Assembly: GCA_904063045.1 (NCBI GenBank)
Contig: CAJFCJ010000010.1
Location: forward strand, 1,116,001 to 1,180,000
Reading direction: 5' to 3'
DNA: 64,000 bases
Source: Dimorphilus gyrociliatus
Lineage: Eukaryota; Animalia; Annelida
In this document: positions 57,824-64,000 of the stretch, piece by piece
Numbering within the stretch: the first letter of the stretch is position 1
Layout: every line of letters begins with the position of its first letter
Program-made: the position numbers and the translations under genes
The notes under the pieces: model-generated
Database searches by the model: none
The model's input: the letters and a program-made list of their open reading frames with translations, nothing else
Told to the model about the DNA's origin: nothing

Positions 57824-58878
57824 GAACATACACTATATTAATTTATTCTATTTAAATACAAAAATAAATTCTATCCAAGATGTGTATATATACATTTATT
57901 ATATACACTTTACTTTAACCTGTCAAACGAATTTACTTATGAATATAGTTATAGAACTATACTATTTTACAAAGAATTCATTATATTGATTTATATTGAA
58001 AATAGACATCTATTGTTTACATGTAGTATTTTCATGGTAAATAGATATGAAAATTGCTAAACTTTTCATTCTTTATAAACTCTTCTTTATTTATTAAAAT
58101 AATCGTGAAAAAATGTGTTGAATAGGCAAAATGTTTAATATTTAACTTGTAGGGAGTAAGAATTAAATGAATAGAAAGAAAAAGAAACAGTTTTCTTTAG
58201 ACTTGGAAAAATAGAGGAAAGAAAAGAAAGAAACATAAAATTTTGATTATTTGAAAATATTTGTTTTTTATAAAAAAAAATAATTAAGAATAAATATTAT
58301 ATAGTTATTTTTTTCTATATTGTGTAACCATTTCTTTTCGATAAGAAAAGCAATAGAATATAGGCTACTTTTTCTTTTTTTATAATATAATAGCTCCATT
58401 TTAGACTTGTTCGCTCTTTTTTTCTTTCTATTTCATATTGGTAAGTAATTTACTTCTGTAGAAGTATATATTACTTCTATATTTGTATATTGATAATTAA
58501 GTCCAACTGATTATTAGTGATTGAAATTTTTTTCAACAGTAAACCTTATATAAGAAATTTGACGTTTTCTGTTTTATCTATGTTTTAGAAAATATGTAAA
58601 GGTACTTTAATTTTGAAAATTGGTTTATTTATATTTAAACTAAACGGCTTTGAACTGTATAAAGACAATAGATTCAATTGTTTAAAAGCGGTATTGAATG
58701 GTTAATGAGCAATTGATGCATTATGCAAGCTTGAACAGGCGCCCAGCTTTGCATTTGTTCGATTAAACACGCCAAGACAACATCGATCTAGAACCCACGT
58801 TCGGTCAACAAGAAGTTCGTTTATAATTGTTATCCGTTACTGTTTTATCGTCCTTCGTGTCTTATCGTTCCGTTGGAC

Positions 58879-59577
58879 ATGCAAGACGACGAACGCCTTC
58901 TTCAAGAACTCTCAGGGTCCGATGAAAAGGGCGTTAGGCAGAGTGTCTCTAGGAGCTCTCAAAAAACTGCCTTAACATCAGTTCTTCTCTCCTCAAATCC
59001 TTGGATACAAAGAGATTTAAACAGGAAAATATCTAAAATTGATGGACAGATGAAAAGAAGAGAACGGACATTAGACTGGAACCAACGTCAATTCTTCATT
59101 AAACAATTATTTGACGCTGATGAAAACTTGAGATTTTGTAATCCAGTTAATGACGACAAAAGTCCTATTACATTACCTAAAGTAAAGGTCAAAACAGCCA
59201 AATCTACAGGCAATCAAGCAAGAATGGGCACTATTGAAGGGGAGCAGCAATTACCAACAATTCGGAGACAAAGTGCAACACCCTCTTTCGGAAAAAATAT
59301 TGATTTACAATTAGGAAAATCTAATACAGATTCTCTTGGCCCAGTTAACCCAAAAGCGGAAGTGGTCGATAGAATTTGCGAGGATGAGCTAATTGAAAGG
59401 CTAACTCTCTCACTACCAGTCGGACTTCTTGTAAAAGCGTCTGAGAAAGCCAGCAGGCCTATACAAGAACGGAAGAAAAGACTATTAAAACAAAATCAAA
59501 CAACTATCGAAAGAAACTTTAAAGAGGATGAAAGATGGAAGAAGTTGCAAAATTCATTAGTTAAAAGTTTATACTAG
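58879..59577 (+). CDS. Intronless uncharacterised protein, 232 aa, charged, with probable coiled-coil segments
   Basis: 699-nt open frame with coding-like GC content and a GC-richer upstream block; ATG at 58879 (the track starts at TTG 58873). No domain recognised. Confidence 0.7.
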   Translation: MQDDERLLQELSGSDEKGVRQSVSRSSQKTALTSVLLSSNPWIQRDLNRKISKIDGQMKRRERTLDWNQRQFFIKQLFDADENLRFCNPVNDDKSPITLPKVKVKTAKSTGNQARMGTIEGEQQLPTIRRQSATPSFGKNIDLQLGKSNTDSLGPVNPKAEVVDRICEDELIERLTLSLPVGLLVKASEKASRPIQERKKRLLKQNQTTIERNFKEDERWKKLQNSLVKSLY

Positions 59578-60041
59578 AAAAACAATTACAAACATTTAAA
59601 TTTTCTTAGGATGATTAATTGATTGCAGTATTTGTAACATAATCATGCAGATGTAAAAAAATTTATTACAAGCATTTATTAATAATTTTTTAGACTTTTA
59701 TAATTAAAAAGAGATCTCTTGAAAATTTATTAACCGAAAGAAGAGAGGAGAGGATTACTTTTGTTATTAGGCTTTTTGTCTTCAAAAGTTCAATGAGTTA
59801 GTTAATTTAACAGAAAAAGGATACATATTTAATAAATACAATTTATATTATTGAGAAATATTTGCACTATTCTTTAAACTACATTTAATATATAAGTTTA
59901 ATGCGAAAAATTTCAACTCCACGATATATTTATTTAACACTAAAAGTCATTTGATTTAGTTCAGCTCCAAAAGAGAAATATAAAAAAAGGCTGGAGGGGA
60001 TAAATGACAAAAAAATTGAAACAGTGAATGTGAAGACGGAG

Positions 60042-60044
<3 letters not shown>

Positions 60045-60080
<36 letters not shown>
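60045..60080. repeat. (AG)18 microsatellite
   Basis: Direct reading. Further (GAGT)n/(GA)n runs follow at about 60285-60330. Confidence 0.95.
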
Positions 60081-60081
<1 letters not shown>

Positions 60082-62143
60082 AGAAAATACAGAGTAGGAA
60101 GAGTAGGAGAAAGAAACAGACAGGTTATTACAAAAAAAGGGAAATAGGAGTGAAAATACCGTTCTTAAAGGCCTAAATCGATTTTTTTTTAAATGAAACC
60201 TCGTCTATTTAAATATTTGGTCTCCAATTCCCTAATATTGATGGGAGTACAATTTTACTTGGTCTGTAAGAGTAAAAAGAGTAAGTAAGTGAGTGAGTGA
60301 GTGAGAGAAAGAGAGAGAGAGAGAGAGAAGGAGAGTAAAAGATGGAGAGAAACAGGCGACATATATACATGTTGCATTGATTTTTCAATTATTCATGAGT
60401 AACATGATTCTTCCTTGTCTTATTAAATGATTAATTGATGTTAAAGTGAAAATACTTCTTTTGGTGATTAGTATACTATTCAAAATACCGTATACTGGAA
60501 TCTACTGTATATTTCAAGTTAATATAAACATTTGCATAGTGTTTCTTTATAGTATATTTATTATATTCTTAACTTCAATGGTCCATTCACTAACCTTTTT
60601 AATCTTTTACTTTTTTATTAAAGACTTATGAAAAAGATATTTTCCAGTCAAGTCGTTTTACCCTACGAGAAAATGAAAGCTACTCTGACTTAAAATATCG
60701 AACGTCTAAGTGACTTAGTCACTTTCGTTTGAATATCAATTTAAAACACTATTTAAAAGCTTTTCAAAAAGAATGTCAATGTTTTAACTCATCTTATAAA
60801 TATTCTAAGGCTGCTTTCCTCAATTGTCCTGTAAATAAGAATTTCTCAAGAAAATTATATCAAGCTTGAAATACAACTTTAGTCCTATACTGCTAATGTT
60901 ATTTTAGATCAAATATAGTATACGGTAAATATATAAAGATTAAATTTTCTATAGCATGAAACTGTAAATGTCATAATAAATGGAAATAGTCTGGTTGTGA
61001 CTTTTTCACCTTCATGTAAGGAATACCTGGAGAGGTGTTGGTTGCTTGTTTAAATGATAATTCAATGACGTAACTAATTAAGATTCTGATTGGTTAAAAT
61101 TTAAAGTGGTAACAGTATACTTCACTTCAAAAATTGGCATTTGTGTGACCTATTTAGTTGAAGTAATTTAAGCGTAAAAAGCACCAGTGTGTATCGTTTC
61201 ATACAAATACTTGCATATACTAATATATATTAGTATATCTATATAATCTGTATTTATACAATATGTAAATTGTTAATTTTTAAGGAATCTGCTATGCTTC
61301 CTTACCCCAAGTATAAACAACATAGAATATACTATGCAAAATTAATAGAAATTTTTCAAAAACAACCACCAACGAACTCTTGATGAATAAACAATGGCTA
61401 AAGTGTGACGTAATTCATTTTCAATTTCTTCAGACCTTGTACATATCAGAAAAAAATCGATGCAACGAGAACTAGCTTTTATCTAATAATCTATAATTGA
61501 TTTGGAATCATAGTCCATTGCAGTATAACATCTACAAATTTCTATATATAGAATAAAAAACCTATTATTTCTAAGTTTCTTAATTGATGCTAGATCAGTT
61601 GTACGCAAGTTACAGTTAGGTTGATACTTCCTCAAATATACAATGCAAAAGTCGATATATAATTTGTTTTGAGTATATGAACTTTTTATTTAACAAAAGA
61701 GGAAATATTATCTCACTTCCGGCCTTTTATCAGCCTAAATTTATAAAAAAAATATAAAGGGAAGCTAAGGAATGAGATGTCTCGTAGTAACTTGGAAACA
61801 TTCTAGAAATGATCCTCATGAAAATTGACTTAAAGTAATATATCTGCAAATTTATGTATTAACAAGAAATGGAAAGTTTCCCACGGTTTTATTAGTTTAT
61901 GGCTAGTTTGGTTTGTTATAGCAAAGAAATTAATTGTAATGATGGTAAAAAAAAGAGAGTGGAAAGCTTTATTTTTGTCGAATTATCGTATAGACTTTTT
62001 CAATTATCATTATTAATGTAAAGCTGAGAGGAAGGGTAGAGGGAAAGAAACATAAATTAGGTCAGTTTGTACCAAAGGTTTCAGCTTAGGCCTAAGTGGA
62101 AACATTGCTAGGGAAAAATTCTATCGGCCTCGTTCGAAATTCG

Positions 62144-62155
62144 AATGACGTCATT
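62144..62155. promoter_or_regulatory. Perfect CRE (TGACGTCA) in a 12-bp palindrome, Ly6 gene promoter
   Basis: AATGACGTCATT about 95 nt upstream of the ATG at 62248, in a CpG-rich block. Confidence 0.5.
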
Positions 62156-62247
62156 GTCGGTACCGTGGCGTTTTTTTTTACGAGAGGGGCGTGAGGGAAA
62201 AATGGTCGACGAGAAGGCGAATTGATTCACGTCGTCCGGAAAGTAAC

Positions 62248-62993
62248 ATGATAATGGTAGAAAATTCTTCTATTTTCTATGCTACTCTATTCCTGATTAC
62301 TATCCATTCAGGTAAGCATGATTAATTTTTAAATGAATGTATATTATCCAATTGAACCACTCTGTTATTTTGTTTTATTTTATACTTCCTTAAGCATTAC
62401 TTTAAAACTATCATTATTAAATGTTTGTAGGCTATCTTTTATTTTGAAATTAGTTAAGATTTATTTTCAATTATTTATATTTTTTGTTTTATTAAAAAAA
62501 AAAAAGAAAACGTATTTTATTTTTTGAGGAAAAAGGTAAAACATTTTCCCTTCATCTTGGCATTTTTCTTCTCACTAATTTATTCCTTTAGTTGTATAAA
62601 TAACAAAATAAATGCGTTCTATGTAAATGAGCGGTGAAAACTGATACAGCTTGCTCTTTGAAATGTTATATCTGTGAAAACGAACACACGAACGAGTTAT
62701 GCAATACCGAAAAAAAACTGTTGGACTGTGACGAAGAATTTGACGTTTGCCAAACTACCGTCTACTATTCAGAAGTTAGTACCAAGCTGTCCATCATAAA
62801 AAGCTGCACGAAAGAAAGGTCTTGCCAAATGCAAAGGAATGTAAGCTTGGCTGGTTGCGATCTAAGAGACGAGAAACCATATTCTTATTGGATGTGCACG
62901 TACTGCTGTTCCGAAGACGCTTGTAATGTTAATGAGGCGTCCATTTCGGCTATTAGCCGCTTTCTTATCTTGATTGTTTTGTTATCGATCTGA
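62248..62993 (+). CDS. GPI-anchored Ly6/uPAR (three-finger) protein, quiver/sleepless-like architecture, 2 exons, 135 aa
   Basis: Exon 62248-62311 (MIMVENSSIFYATLFLITIHS, donor GTAAGC) joins exon 62650-62993 in phase 1. The LU domain runs from LKCYIC to YCCSEDACN with 12 Cys, followed by the GPI-type hydrophobic tail SRFLILIVLLSI. Confidence 0.88.
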
Positions 62994-63938
62994 AAAAATG
63001 ATAGCGTTGTAGATGTCGCTGTTGTGAAGCGTCATCTGTGTAGCGTTACTTTTTTCCTATATTAATATCCTAAGCCCGTTTGTTGATCAATTTGACAAAA
63101 ATTCTAACCTAAAAAAAGAGAAAATAGTTAAAACTATTACCAAAAGAGAGTAGATAAACTCTGTAAGTGTCTTTTATAGCCACCTAACTGGAATTTTTTT
63201 AAAATCAGATTTTAAAGCTAAACAGATGTTTCGTAGAATTTCTAGTAAAGAAGTTTATTTACCAGATAACCAGACTTTTATGCTAGATAACATTTGGTAT
63301 AAGTTCAAAGAATAGCTAGTGGCTTAGAGAGTACCTTGTATTGTATTCATTAAAAAGCGAAGCCTTTAAGTTTGAATACTTGTGAGTGTTTAGTAGGAGG
63401 GTATATCATTAAACATACGTGTTTGTCTAAATTGATGATTAATTGTATCTTCCTATTCCTTTTTAAAGATAGTTTAATAATTAAAGAATGAATAATAAAC
63501 TGGTTAATTAGTTAATTAGTATATCTTTTATCTTTTTTTGAATAATCCTTTAATGTTTCCTATTCATTAAATTCTGATTTAATTTAGGGAAAACCTTTCT
63601 ATAACATCTTCGGAAACGGTTACAATATATAAGTAGGCTGTTTTCTACTACTGTATATGATCTGATGCTTGTGCTACTGTATCACCACAGGGTAAAACTC
63701 ATAGCGCAATGTAGATTAATATCAGAGGACAAACAGCCTCCTATTCTTATTGATATCAACATTATAGAACGTCAAAATTTCTTAGCATACCACGCCCTCT
63801 GTTGGTTTTCATTAAATATCTTTCTTTTATCTAGAAAATTTAGATGTACAGAAAAGAAACCAATTAAATAATACGAGAAGAATTCATATGGGACTAATTT
63901 AATGCAACTCATTTATAAACCTAAATTTTGTGAAGAAC

Positions 63939-63956
63939 AAATCGATAGAGGGCGCT
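63939..63956 (+). promoter_or_regulatory. CTCF-core-like motif AAATCGATAGAGGGCGCT
   Basis: TAGAGGGCGCT fits YAGRKGGCRSY. The first 16 nt are identical to 5819-5834. Confidence 0.4.
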
Positions 63957-64000
63957 AGAATATATTTATATAAGAAAAAACAACGAAAAAAATATAACAA

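Noticed and set aside
62133-62145. TTCGAAATTCGAA as a possible heat-shock element
   Set aside because: The GAA/TTC spacing does not fit the nGAAnnTTCn repeat of a heat-shock element.

Overview
AT-rich eukaryotic (animal) genomic DNA with many very short (50-70 nt) GT-AG introns and abundant (TA)n/(GA)n microsatellites. The neuropeptide types and intron sizes suggest a compact-genome lophotrochozoan such as the annelid Dimorphilus gyrociliatus; this is inference, not confirmed. I rebuilt spliced gene models by hand, checking frame and intron phase. In order: a PLAC8/cornifelin-family gene (+); a two-exon rhodopsin-class peptide GPCR (-); a tandem lipocalin array of one decayed pseudogene and two intact genes, each encoding two lipocalin domains (+); two paralogous precursors of non-amidated LGxFGV-type hexapeptides (+); a short 14-exon jitterbug-like filamin with 3 CH domains and only 4 Ig repeats (+); an 87-aa RYamide-type neuropeptide precursor on the minus strand that the ORF track misses; the homeobox gene Mnx (HB9/exex) inside a large gene-free region with CpG-rich islands; an intronless 232-aa orphan ORF; and a GPI-anchored Ly6/three-finger gene. 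I saw no rRNA, tRNA, CRISPR array or recognisable intact transposon. Most other ORFs in the track are antisense shadows, intron read-throughs or microsatellite artefacts.
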